From a virus (taxonomy: Duplodnaviria > Caudoviricetes), in the IMG/VR virus record IMGVR_UViG_3300023184_000322, positions 1 to 34,830 of that record: a stretch of 34,830 bases of DNA; one strand, 5' to 3'. Position 1 is the first letter of the stretch; every line of letters starts with the position of its first letter. The position numbers and the translations under genes were made by a program. Below are positions 20,035 to 27,842 of this stretch, piece after piece. Below the pieces are notes generated by a model that ran no database searches, was not told the DNA's origin, and was given only the letters and a program-made list of their open reading frames with translations.

Positions 20035-21075
20035 AAACATTCCTCCGCTAGAGCGTATAGTAGCTCGTAATTCCTCATCAGGAGGAAAGTCTAGAGATTT
20101 AACATACAATCTAATGCCTTTTGCTTTAAGTATATTTTTTATTTTTTCCATACCATCTTTTGTTCTATTATCCTGAAGATCACAAAACCAATAAATCGCA
20201 TCTACACCTTTATTAGCTAAGTCTTCTATTGCGTAAGTTGTTGGGCTTGATTGCCTAATGCCACATCCATTTACTTCTTGAAATTTTGCATCTTTAAAAT
20301 TGGCTTCTATTTCTGATTTTAATTCAGGTATGTAAATTGCCATGCTAGGTGAAATATCTAAAATAACACCTAATTTTTTAGCTATAATTTTTTGTCCAAA
20401 TAGAGTTTTACCATCTCCATTTCCATTTCCATTACCGCCGAAACCGTTGCCATTACCAAATCCATATCCATTGCCTTTACCTGCTGAATTACCTTTTACA
20501 AATCTATTAAAATTTACTTTTGCTAAATGAGTTTTATTACTAAATTTAATTGGTGATGGAGCATTTATGTTTGCATTTATTATAATAGTATCTGATATTT
20601 CTGGTATTGGTATATTTTGAGCATAATCATCTGTTTTATTTTCATTACCACCTTGTTCAGAGCTATCGCCTTCCTCTTCTAACGGAGGAGCCATATTTGC
20701 TACTTCTACTTCTTGAATTTCTTCTTCACTCGGAACTAATTGTACTTGCCAATTCATTTCTATTGGTTTTTCTTTTACTTTAATCATGCTGAGTATAAAA
20801 AGTGCAACAATATGTACTATTACTGAAATGATTATAATACCATTAAGTTGATATATTCTTTTAAATATATTTAATTTTTTGATATATTGGACGACAGATA
20901 ATATTTGTTTATATGTTTTAGTAAAATTTAACTTTGGAGGGGCTGGGCAAAAAATATTAGGCTTGGGCGCATTTAATTTATAAGAATTATTAACAGAACC
21001 TGTATCTGTTGCTAAAGTTTCTTTTATAAAACTAAAAGCATAAACAAATAATAGTAATAAAATAGTACATACCAT
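19999..21075 (-). CDS. Membrane-anchored vWA-like protein with Gly-rich linker
   Basis: TM ISVIVHIVALFIL, acidic/Pro linker, GNG repeats, MIDAS-like VILDISPSM and DAIYWFCD. Confidence 0.7.
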   Translation of the reverse strand: MVCTILLLLFVYAFSFIKETLATDTGSVNNSYKLNAPKPNIFCPAPPKLNFTKTYKQILSVVQYIKKLNIFKRIYQLNGIIIISVIVHIVALFILSMIKVKEKPIEMNWQVQLVPSEEEIQEVEVANMAPPLEEEGDSSEQGGNENKTDDYAQNIPIPEISDTIIINANINAPSPIKFSNKTHLAKVNFNRFVKGNSAGKGNGYGFGNGNGFGGNGNGNGDGKTLFGQKIIAKKLGVILDISPSMAIYIPELKSEIEANFKDAKFQEVNGCGIRQSSPTTYAIEDLANKGVDAIYWFCDLQDNRTKDGMEKIKNILKAKGIRLYVKSLDFPPDEELRATIRSSGGMFLSGQLKTFSKF

Positions 21076-21076
21076 A

Positions 21077-21457
21077 TTATTGTACCATGTATTTTGCGTA
21101 TTTTATTCTTGCGTTAGGATATATTAACCTAGCAGCTTTAAATGCGTCATTTTTTAAATCTGATGTGGTATTTAATATAAAAGAGCCTTGATTGATATCA
21201 TATACAAAATATTTACCTTGCCAATTAAATATTGAAACTGCATGACCAACAGTAACATATCTATTATTACAAGACTTTATATCAAATTTAAATATAAGCA
21301 CATTATTCCATATATCTCTATCATTAAATTTTCTATTTACATCTTCGTATACTTTAACGCTATTAATTAAACATGAATTAGGAGCATAAGCTAAAGACTG
21401 GCTATATGCATTTATATTTAATATTAGTAATATTAAGAATATGCTAAATTTGAACAT
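21077..21457 (-). CDS. Secreted protein with Cys-His-Asp triad pattern
   Basis: Signal peptide; NSCL, GHAV, FVYD; TTGACT-17-TATACT ending 6 nt before the ATG. Confidence 0.55.
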   Translation of the reverse strand: MFKFSIFLILLILNINAYSQSLAYAPNSCLINSVKVYEDVNRKFNDRDIWNNVLIFKFDIKSCNNRYVTVGHAVSIFNWQGKYFVYDINQGSFILNTTSDLKNDAFKAARLIYPNARIKYAKYMVQ

Positions 21458-21498
21458 ATTTTAAGTATAATCAAATCTATACATTAAGTCAATATAAA

Positions 21499-21972
21499 TT
21501 ATATATAAACTACTTGAATACTATTAAATTCTTCTGTTGTTAGGGTCAATATGCTTCCATTTTGTGGCTCAAAGAATATGGGTCTTACTAGTGGGGAATT
21601 ATCCTCTTTTAAGCCATGATCACAAAATATAATATTTATTGCATGATAAATGGTCTTTGCTTTTTGTGGTCTATAAGCATGATAGAAAATAGTTCCAACT
21701 CCTATACCGTTTGCTTCACTTTGATCCAGCTTCTCTTTATGATAAACATTACAAAAAAATTTAAAACTATCTGCAAAATTATCACAATCCCATTTAGGAG
21801 TTCTTTGGTCTAGATTTAATGATTTTAACCATTCTATGTATTTAGGGGATATATCATTTACTAAACAACTAACGGTTGGACAAAAATAATCACGATCTCC
21901 AAGAATTAAATGAACAGGATACGTGTCATTCTTAGCAAACAAAGACCTTATGCTTTTTGTTGATATAATCAT
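21499..21972 (-). CDS. Papain/transglutaminase-like protein (MOA agglutinin C-terminal-like)
   Basis: WDCDNFA...HAINI...FFEPQNG; likely start MIIST at 21972 with AAGAGG upstream. Confidence 0.65.
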   Translation of the reverse strand: MIISTKSIRSLFAKNDTYPVHLILGDRDYFCPTVSCLVNDISPKYIEWLKSLNLDQRTPKWDCDNFADSFKFFCNVYHKEKLDQSEANGIGVGTIFYHAYRPQKAKTIYHAINIIFCDHGLKEDNSPLVRPIFFEPQNGSILTLTTEEFNSIQVVYI

Positions 21973-22181
21973 TTTATTTACCTCTTTTAATATAAATGTA
22001 TTACACATAGCGGCCAAATAACAAAGAGATATATAATAAAGGGTTTTATAGAAAAATAGCCCCGTGGATTTTTTTACCTTGAAGTATATAGCATTATAGT
22101 GAATTTTAATAGATTTTAAAAAAGGGGGGGTATATATAGGTATATAACTAATAGTTTATTTTATTCGGGGAGAATGATGTT

Positions 22182-22242
22182 AGTACCCCCACGGCTTTTT
22201 TAGAAAAAGAGATTGTATGATTTTTTCAAAAATGGGGGTACT
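22182..22242. repeat. 10-bp perfect inverted repeat in the strand-switch region
   Basis: AGTACCCCCA (22182-22191) and TGGGGGTACT (22233-22242). Confidence 0.7.
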
Positions 22243-22259
22243 TTTTTATAACTTTTGTC

Positions 22260-22286
22260 GTAAGTTGTTGACTATCAATGAAATTT
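22260..22286 (+). promoter_or_regulatory. Solo 27-bp palindromic box
   Basis: GTAAGTTGTTGACTATCAATGAAATTT, 5 bp before -35 TTGCAT. Confidence 0.75.
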
Positions 22287-22291
22287 AAATG

Positions 22292-22319
22292 TTGCATAAT
22301 TCCTATTCTGTGATAGATT
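22292..22319 (+). promoter_or_regulatory. Early sigma70-type promoter (leaderless)
   Basis: TTGCAT-16-TAGATT with extended TGn; ATG 6 nt downstream. Confidence 0.75.
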
Positions 22320-22325
22320 ACCTAT

Positions 22326-22475
22326 ATGAAGAAATTAAGCAAATATGAACAACTCATCGCAAACCTCAACAAAGCTAGCCAAGACCTAAAGGATGCGTCC
22401 TCTAAGGCCATCGCTACCCTTGACGCTCACGCTCAAAAGGTGGAAGCTATCCATCAAGAAGCGATGCAAAAATAA
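22326..22475 (+). CDS. Small helical protein, 49 aa (paralog of 23709-23897)
   Basis: MKKLSKYEQLIANLNKASQDLKDASSKAIATLDAHAQKVEAIHQEAMQK*; not in ORF track. Confidence 0.75.
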   Translation: MKKLSKYEQLIANLNKASQDLKDASSKAIATLDAHAQKVEAIHQEAMQK

Positions 22476-22514
22476 TTGTTGACGAAACCAATCCAGAAAG
22501 GCAATATAGAACCT

Positions 22515-22934
22515 ATGAAACAAAACCTCAAAATCAGTTACCAAACATTCGGCGAAAACAATGCTTACCTTCTCGAAGGAAGCATCAAACAAATCAATCA
22601 CTTCTTCAATAGTATCTATAATTGGGAAGGAACTAACGGCAAGTTGCACGATATGGGCAACGGCAAGGCGTTTTACTTCTACGCTCATCCAGATGATGTG
22701 AAGAAGGCACTTGTTAAGGTTGCTCTTCACGCTTTCGTGAACAAAATCAACGCCAAGGGTCGTAAAGGTGGACTACTTGACCTTGCGACAGACAAGGCAC
22801 AGAGCATCATTGACGATATGGTGCAGACCTGTTTCCTATGGGGTGCGAGTAGCTCCGAGGGGTATAGCCTTGGGACTATCAGTGCAGAGAAGCCAAGTGA
22901 TTACTGCGGTGCAGTTAGCAACGGAAGGGACTAA
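22515..22934 (+). CDS. Hypothetical protein (paralog of 29266-29652)
   Basis: Likely start MKQNL at 22515; YNWEGTNGKL, KGGL, YSLGTISAEK. Confidence 0.75.
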   Translation: MKQNLKISYQTFGENNAYLLEGSIKQINHFFNSIYNWEGTNGKLHDMGNGKAFYFYAHPDDVKKALVKVALHAFVNKINAKGRKGGLLDLATDKAQSIIDDMVQTCFLWGASSSEGYSLGTISAEKPSDYCGAVSNGRD

Positions 22935-22938
22935 TACT

Positions 22939-23316
22939 ATGACAGCAGAACTATTCATCGTAGCATTAACAATACTTGGCGAAGCTAGGGGCGAGACATT
23001 CGAAGGAATGGCTGGCGTTGCTAGCGTTATCCAAACACGGATGGTAGAGCGTAACCAATCAGCTAAACAAGTATGCTTATCACCTAAACAATTCAGTTTC
23101 TGGAATGGTGGAGTAAGTGAAGCAACAAAGAATAAGCTACTAGCAACAGCACAAGGCAAGAACGCTCTATACCTTGCTGACCTAGTCATCCATAAACAGA
23201 TGCCAGACATTGTAAAGGGTGCAAACCATTACCACGCTATCAGCGTCTCGCCTAAGTGGGCAAAGGGTGCTACTCTAGTAGCTACTATACGCAACCACAA
23301 GTTCTATAGGTTATAA
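22939..23316 (+). CDS. SleB/Hydrolase_2-family cell-wall hydrolase
   Basis: Start MTAEL at 22939; GEARGE, QFSFWN, GANHYH, PKWA, IRNHKFY. Confidence 0.88.
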   Translation: MTAELFIVALTILGEARGETFEGMAGVASVIQTRMVERNQSAKQVCLSPKQFSFWNGGVSEATKNKLLATAQGKNALYLADLVIHKQMPDIVKGANHYHAISVSPKWAKGATLVATIRNHKFYRL

Positions 23317-23318
23317 CC

Positions 23319-23528
23319 ATGAACGAGAACATACTACGCAGAGTGTTTGTTGCAGGGATAGTAATCTATGGCCTAGCCCTCATAGCTGTAATGGGCAAGC
23401 GTACCAACCTATCTACATGGAACGATGTAGCTAGCACTAGGATGGCGCTGGCTAGATATGCAGACATGCCTCCTGTGATCGAACTAAGGAAAGAGGGGCA
23501 ATTTAGCGTGACCTATAAGGATAACTGA
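23319..23528 (+). CDS. Small membrane protein
   Basis: N-terminal TM; follows the hydrolase by 2 bp. Confidence 0.55.
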   Translation: MNENILRRVFVAGIVIYGLALIAVMGKRTNLSTWNDVASTRMALARYADMPPVIELRKEGQFSVTYKDN

Positions 23529-23534
23529 TACCAT

Positions 23535-23610
23535 GTAAGTAGCTCAGTATCAACGACTTACATAAGGCGCCCCCCGATCTTGCGTAAGTGCTTAAGCATC
23601 AACGACTTAA
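23535..23610 (+). repeat. 76-bp paired-palindrome element, copy 1
   Basis: GTAAGTAGCTCAGTATCAACGACTTAC + ATAAGGCGCCCCCCGATCTTGC + GTAAGTGCTTAAGCATCAACGACTTAA. Confidence 0.9.
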
Positions 23611-23708
23611 GTCATTAGAAAAAAACAAATCATCATAAGAAAATCTACTACCTAAAAAAATGTAAAAAAATCCCTTGCAAAAATTCTAAAGTGTGATAGA
23701 TTATAGGT

Positions 23709-23897
23709 ATGAAAAGAAAAACAAAACTAGAAATCCTCCTAGGAAATATCGACAAGGCTTCTGCTGACCTTAAAAAATCAATCGAAGAATCTCAAAAGAG
23801 ACTAGACGAAAGCTTTGCAAAATATCAACACAAAGTTGAGGTCGCTCATCATAACTCGATGACAATCAACGAAAAACAAATTGAAGAAATAATTTGA
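23709..23897 (+). CDS. Small helical protein (paralog of 22326-22475)
   Basis: NIDKASADLK...HKVEVAH; promoter TTGCAA-16-TAGATT-6-ATG. Confidence 0.75.
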   Translation: MKRKTKLEILLGNIDKASADLKKSIEESQKRLDESFAKYQHKVEVAHHNSMTINEKQIEEII

Positions 23898-23970
23898 CTT
23901 TTGAAGGAATTGTGGTAAACTATATACATAAGATAAAAGATAACAAATAACAAAGAAAGAAAAAAATAAA

Positions 23971-24243
23971 ATGACACATAGAATGATAAATTGGAATTTT
24001 CACCGCAGACAAATGCGTGAAAATATGCGTAAAAATATGGATACTACTGAATCCATCATAACTAACTCTAACAATACACCAACTTACTTTGGTGAAATAT
24101 ACCTTTACGAAGGAACTCTAGTAAAAGTTTCTTACAAAACTTCTGCAAATACTGCGGTTGTAACCTTCCTTGAAGGTATAGACAAAGATAAGGTTGGAAC
24201 TATCAACCTTAACAATGCTAAACTAGTAAAGGAAAATAAATAA
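23971..24243 (+). CDS. Hypothetical protein
   Basis: ORF track; promoter TTGACT-16-TAAACT at 23894-23921, A-rich leader. Confidence 0.6.
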   Translation: MTHRMINWNFHRRQMRENMRKNMDTTESIITNSNNTPTYFGEIYLYEGTLVKVSYKTSANTAVVTFLEGIDKDKVGTINLNNAKLVKENK

Positions 24244-24244
24244 A

Positions 24245-24433
24245 ATGAATAACGATAATAAAAAACAATTAACTTCCCAAGAATGGGAAATTCAACGCAA
24301 AGAAAAAAATCAAGCTCTTTGGGCTAATCGTAAAAAGCGATGGTCTGAATGGAAAAAGAATAATCCTGAAAAGGCTAAAGCTCACGCCTTACTAAAGGCA
24401 AAACTTAATGGAAAAAGTCCTAAGTCGTTCTAA
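24245..24433 (+). CDS. Small basic protein
   Basis: 62 aa, K/R/W-rich; directly after the previous gene. Confidence 0.6.
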   Translation: MNNDNKKQLTSQEWEIQRKEKNQALWANRKKRWSEWKKNNPEKAKAHALLKAKLNGKSPKSF

Positions 24434-24446
24434 ATCAAAGAAATTT
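24420..24446 (+). promoter_or_regulatory. Solo 27-bp box
   Basis: CTAAGTCGTTCTAAATCAAAGAAATTT, 6 bp before TTGACA (24453). Confidence 0.65.
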
Positions 24447-24486
24447 AATAGCTTGACAAAATAAGAAAGTGTGATAAATTAAAGGT

Positions 24487-24888
24487 ATGACATACGAAAA
24501 AAGAAAACAAAAAGAAATAGCAACTCAACAAGCCAACAGAGCTGAAAAAGCTAGGCTCACAGCAGAAAAGGCTGAACTTTTCAAAAGTCTCAACATTCAA
24601 ATTGGTGACTTCATCGAAGTAACAACCTCTAAAGGTAGTGAAGTTTTGTTCGTGGAAGATTCTGCGAATACTTACGACACTTTGCCTTTCCTCAAAAACA
24701 TTCTTTTCCTCTCATTCAAGGGAAACAATGGTGCTGGCATCGTTGGGATGACTTCTCTCCTCGATGTTGTGGAAGTTAAAAAAGTAAAAGGAAGCATCGC
24801 ACTTCTACAAGAAGTTGAAGAAGCGATGAAAGTTTCAAACCGAATCTTTCAAAGCTATAACGAAGCTGGAAGTTACAAAGGAGACTAA
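24487..24888 (+). CDS. Hypothetical protein
   Basis: TTGACA-16-TAAATT-6-ATG. Confidence 0.7.
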   Translation: MTYEKRKQKEIATQQANRAEKARLTAEKAELFKSLNIQIGDFIEVTTSKGSEVLFVEDSANTYDTLPFLKNILFLSFKGNNGAGIVGMTSLLDVVEVKKVKGSIALLQEVEEAMKVSNRIFQSYNEAGSYKGD

Positions 24889-25025
24889 TGAAAAAAATAC
24901 TTTTCAAACTAAATAAAAAAACTTATAGACTCGCTATAAAAAATGGTGAGCAGAAAAACTTTTTGCGTGAAAGATTTTTTTACTACATCTCTGCGAGTTG
25001 TTTGCATTTTCGAGACTTGTTGTAA
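24888..25025 (+). CDS. Small basic protein, 45 aa
   Basis: TAATG overlap with SD AAGGAG; MKKILFKLNKKTYRL...; the stop lies inside the next element. Confidence 0.55.
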   Translation: MKKILFKLNKKTYRLAIKNGEQKNFLRERFFYYISASCLHFRDLL

Positions 25026-25097
25026 GATACTGAGTATCAACGACTTACGACGCGCCACCCATGCCCGCGCGCAAGTGCTTGACAGTCAACGACTTAC
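25022..25097 (+). repeat. 76-bp element, copy 2
   Basis: GTAAGATACTGAGTATCAACGACTTAC + GACGCGCCACCCATGCCCGCGC + GCAAGTGCTTGACAGTCAACGACTTAC. Confidence 0.9.
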
Positions 25098-25247
25098 AAA
25101 AGTGATCTTAAAACAAAAACTGAATGAAGCAAAAAGATCGGGGCTATTTCCTATTAGGCTATTTCCTATTTGCTATTAGCAGTTCTTCTATTCTCTTTTT
25201 TCTAAAATAAATCTTGCGCTAAAAATAATCTGTGATACATTTAATCT

Positions 25248-25412
25248 ATGACAAATCAAATTACATCCCTAGCGACGGAAACCTGCGAAGAGGCTTATGT
25301 GGACGCTAATGCGTTCTTTGACTACATCAATTCCAATGATGTAGTTAACTCGATGCTTGATGCGTTGTCTGGAGTCTATGACTCCAGCGAAACTACTGTG
25401 GAGGTTGTTTAA
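25248..25412 (+). CDS. Small acidic protein, 54 aa
   Basis: TTGCGC-16-TACATT-6-ATG; MTNQITSLATETCEEAYVDANAFFDY...; not in ORF track. Confidence 0.7.
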   Translation: MTNQITSLATETCEEAYVDANAFFDYINSNDVVNSMLDALSGVYDSSETTVEVV

Positions 25413-25413
25413 T

Positions 25414-25677
25414 ATGGACTACAAAGCGTCTCTCAAGGAATGGATGAGTCAGCACATGCTGTCTCCGCTGGATGTGCGTGACATCCTTAATCAGATGCGC
25501 GAAGATGACCGCGCTATCAAATCCGAAACCTCAGACGAGCCAGACGATTCTATGGATGGCGACTTCGACTCTGCTATGGCTTCTGCTGGCCACGGCACTG
25601 ATGAGGATTACAATGGTGGGTGCTTCCAGATGGAAGACTTCGGTTGGGCTGGTGACGAAAACTTTTGTGGAGAATAA
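25414..25677 (+). CDS. Very acidic small protein
   Basis: Start MDYKAS at 25414 with GGAGG upstream; DDSMDGDFDSAMASAGHGTDEDY. Confidence 0.7.
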   Translation: MDYKASLKEWMSQHMLSPLDVRDILNQMREDDRAIKSETSDEPDDSMDGDFDSAMASAGHGTDEDYNGGCFQMEDFGWAGDENFCGE

Positions 25678-25679
25678 TT

Positions 25680-25796
25680 ATGTTTAATCTAGAAATTTTT
25701 GATCCAGAAGAAATCAGACTGCATCGCCTAGAACTTGCAGAGCAAGAAATGGAGCGATCTTTACAAGAGGGGCTCGAGTTTGATGATGTTGAATAG
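25680..25796 (+). CDS. Small acidic protein, 38 aa
   Basis: MFNLEIFDPEEIRLHRLELAEQEMERSLQEGLEFDDVE*; GGAG upstream. Confidence 0.55.
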   Translation: MFNLEIFDPEEIRLHRLELAEQEMERSLQEGLEFDDVE

Positions 25797-25872
25797 CTAA
25801 GTTGTTGGTTATCAACGACTTACGGCGGGACAGGGGTGGGCTTGCGTAAATCCTTGATTATCAAAGACTTAC
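25797..25872 (-). repeat. 76-bp element, copy 3 (at the transcription convergence point)
   Basis: CTAAGTTGTTGGTTATCAACGACTTAC + GGCGGGACAGGGGTGGGCTTGC + GTAAATCCTTGATTATCAAAGACTTAC (plus-strand text). Confidence 0.9.
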
Positions 25873-25887
25873 GAAAGCTGATAAAAA

Positions 25888-26037
25888 TTACATACTAGCT
25901 CGCCAACCTTCAAACACTTCATCAATCTCTTTCTGCTTTTGCACAAAACTTTTATCGGTATCGAGAGGAGGATTTTCGTTATCGCTCCAAGGATAAAAAG
26001 ATTCTAAGTTTTCTTTTAATAGTTTTTCTATGTTCAT
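25888..26037 (-). CDS. Small protein, 49 aa
   Basis: MNIEKLLKENLESFYPWSD...WRASM*; preceded by a 23-aa TM peptide ORF at 26034-26105. Confidence 0.55.
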   Translation of the reverse strand: MNIEKLLKENLESFYPWSDNENPPLDTDKSFVQKQKEIDEVFEGWRASM

Positions 26038-26106
26038 TTTGTTTTTCCTGTGATTAAAAAGAAGCACACGATTGCAAAGATTAAAATTATAAGCATAGAG
26101 GACATC

Positions 26107-26742
26107 TTAATGCTTTTTATAATCTATTGCAAACTCATTTTTGTCCCAACACTTGCGACAATCTCCGCACTTGTTACCTTGTTTGGAAGATGGGCAGTTA
26201 AAGTTTCCCAACTTGCTTGCACCGCTAACGCACAAACCTAAACGCTGTGCAATTCCCACGGGTGCGGGGCCATCCATCATAAGAGCAGACAAACGGATGG
26301 TAAGATTGCTAGGCACTTCTCCACCTTTTTCGATATAGGTTGAAACGAAAGCATACTCTCTAGTTGGAAGCCAAAAAGAAATATGCGGAAGATTCTTTGC
26401 AATCTTCACAATCTTTTCCAAATGCCACACACCTTGAATGTCTCCTGAATCGTGCCAGCGGAAATGCGGATTCTTAACCTTGCCGATTAAGTATGTCATA
26501 GCATCCACCCACAAATCATTAGTAAGAGAAGCGAAACGCTTTTCCATAGCTTTAACAACATTAGGGAAAATATATCGCCCTTTAAGAGCGTAGCAGAAAG
26601 CACAAATGCTTCCTGCGACATTCCTCATCTTTGCACCAATTTGACAACGCTTGGCGGGCGTTGAGTATGCAAATCCGGGCATCTTCGAGGGTTTTGAGAG
26701 TGTGCCAACAATCTCTTCGGCTTGTTTTTTGTTTTTGAACAT
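26107..26742 (-). CDS. Gene product 88-like Cys-rich protein
   Basis: KPSKMPG, C..CYA.KG.Y, FRWHDSGD, WLPTRE, NLTIRLS, CGDCRKCW; leaderless promoter TTGCAC-16-TAACCT. Confidence 0.75.
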   Translation of the reverse strand: MFKNKKQAEEIVGTLSKPSKMPGFAYSTPAKRCQIGAKMRNVAGSICAFCYALKGRYIFPNVVKAMEKRFASLTNDLWVDAMTYLIGKVKNPHFRWHDSGDIQGVWHLEKIVKIAKNLPHISFWLPTREYAFVSTYIEKGGEVPSNLTIRLSALMMDGPAPVGIAQRLGLCVSGASKLGNFNCPSSKQGNKCGDCRKCWDKNEFAIDYKKH

Positions 26743-26791
26743 AAAAAAAGGTTACCACTTTTTTGTTTTCGTGCAAGTTTTTTTTACAATT

Positions 26792-26867
26792 AAATCTCAT
26801 TGAATATCAATGACTTACAAAAGAGCAGGGGTTGCCTTGCGTAAATGCTTAATAATCAAGCACTTAC
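26792..26867 (-). repeat. 76-bp element, copy 4
   Basis: AAATCTCATTGAATATCAATGACTTAC + AAAAGAGCAGGGGTTGCCTTGC + GTAAATGCTTAATAATCAAGCACTTAC; overlaps the ardC stop. Confidence 0.9.
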
Positions 26868-27689
26868 AGACTCTTCAATAAATTCTTCGCTTTCTTTTTT
26901 ACCAACAAAAGCGTCAAATCTTTTTTGGGCTTTGCTCGAAGCCGAAATAATAAAATTGACATCTTTTTTCAAAACTTCTAACCAGCTCGAAAGATAGCTC
27001 GCAGAATTGTTAAAACATTTTTCAGAATCAATTCCGCAGAAGTTAAGACAGAGATTCGCAAAAATCTCTGCGGTCAATTCTTCTTTGCTATAATTCTGAG
27101 AACCAAAACCATTTTTAACATTATCACCAGTGCTTTTATGCATAGCGTGGCCAATCTCGTGAAACGCTGTCGAGTAATACTCCTCAACGCTATGGAAGTT
27201 TTCTTTTGGAGGCAAATCAATCTTATGTTCTTCTGGATAGTAGCAGGCACGACTGCCACCATACTTAATCTGAATGATGCACTTGTTGATTAACTTTTCT
27301 GCTTCTTCTACTGGTGAAAAATCCAGCTTCTGTACTTCGGGCTGTTTCCACTTCATGCCCTCAATATCACTCAAACCAAAAACTTTATAGAATCTCATAA
27401 GAGGAAAGCCACCTGACTCATCATCTTTCTTTTTTAATAGTTTGTAATAAACTACCATGTGAGACTTTGCACCCTTTTTGATTCTTCCGCCAAGTTCCTT
27501 AATCTGATTGAATGTAAAAAAGAAATCATCAGAGGCAACCATGCGAAGTAAGAATTGATTGATGCCCCTATAACCCTTTTTGGAAACTCCGTTGCAGAGG
27601 TCAAAAACTTTCCAAGGCTTCTGCCAAGGGCACACACCTTTGTTGAGGGCTTCGATGAACTTTTCAGTGATAATTTCGTTTACTTTCAT
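26856..27689 (-). CDS. ardC: ArdC-family antirestriction ssDNA-binding protein with zincin domain
   Basis: PWQKPW, YRGIN, TFNQ...G.RIKKG, FHEIGH, YSKEELTAE, SASYLSSW. Confidence 0.88.
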   Translation of the reverse strand: MKVNEIITEKFIEALNKGVCPWQKPWKVFDLCNGVSKKGYRGINQFLLRMVASDDFFFTFNQIKELGGRIKKGAKSHMVVYYKLLKKKDDESGGFPLMRFYKVFGLSDIEGMKWKQPEVQKLDFSPVEEAEKLINKCIIQIKYGGSRACYYPEEHKIDLPPKENFHSVEEYYSTAFHEIGHAMHKSTGDNVKNGFGSQNYSKEELTAEIFANLCLNFCGIDSEKCFNNSASYLSSWLEVLKKDVNFIISASSKAQKRFDAFVGKKESEEFIEESVSA

Positions 27690-27728
27690 AGGTTAAATAT
27701 ATCAGCTTTTTGTTTTTTGTCTACATTT

Positions 27729-27804
27729 AAATTTCATTGACCATCAACGACTTACAGAAGAAGGGGCGGTTGCCGTTGTAAATACTTAACTATCAATGAG
27801 ATAA
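27729..27804 (-). repeat. 76-bp element, copy 5
   Basis: AAATTTCATTGACCATCAACGACTTAC + AGAAGAAGGGGCGGTTGCCGTT + GTAAATACTTAACTATCAATGAGATAA. Confidence 0.88.
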
Positions 27805-27842
27805 AAATATTGATTTAAAACCAATATGGTGTAATATAAGTT

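Noticed and set aside
25142-25171. 15-bp tandem GGCTATTTCCTATT(A/T)
   Set aside because: Only two copies and not seen elsewhere in the window; no function supportable.
24943-25179. 78-aa ORF from the track
   Set aside because: It reads through element 2; the overlapping 24888-25025 frame has an SD and a TAATG coupling.
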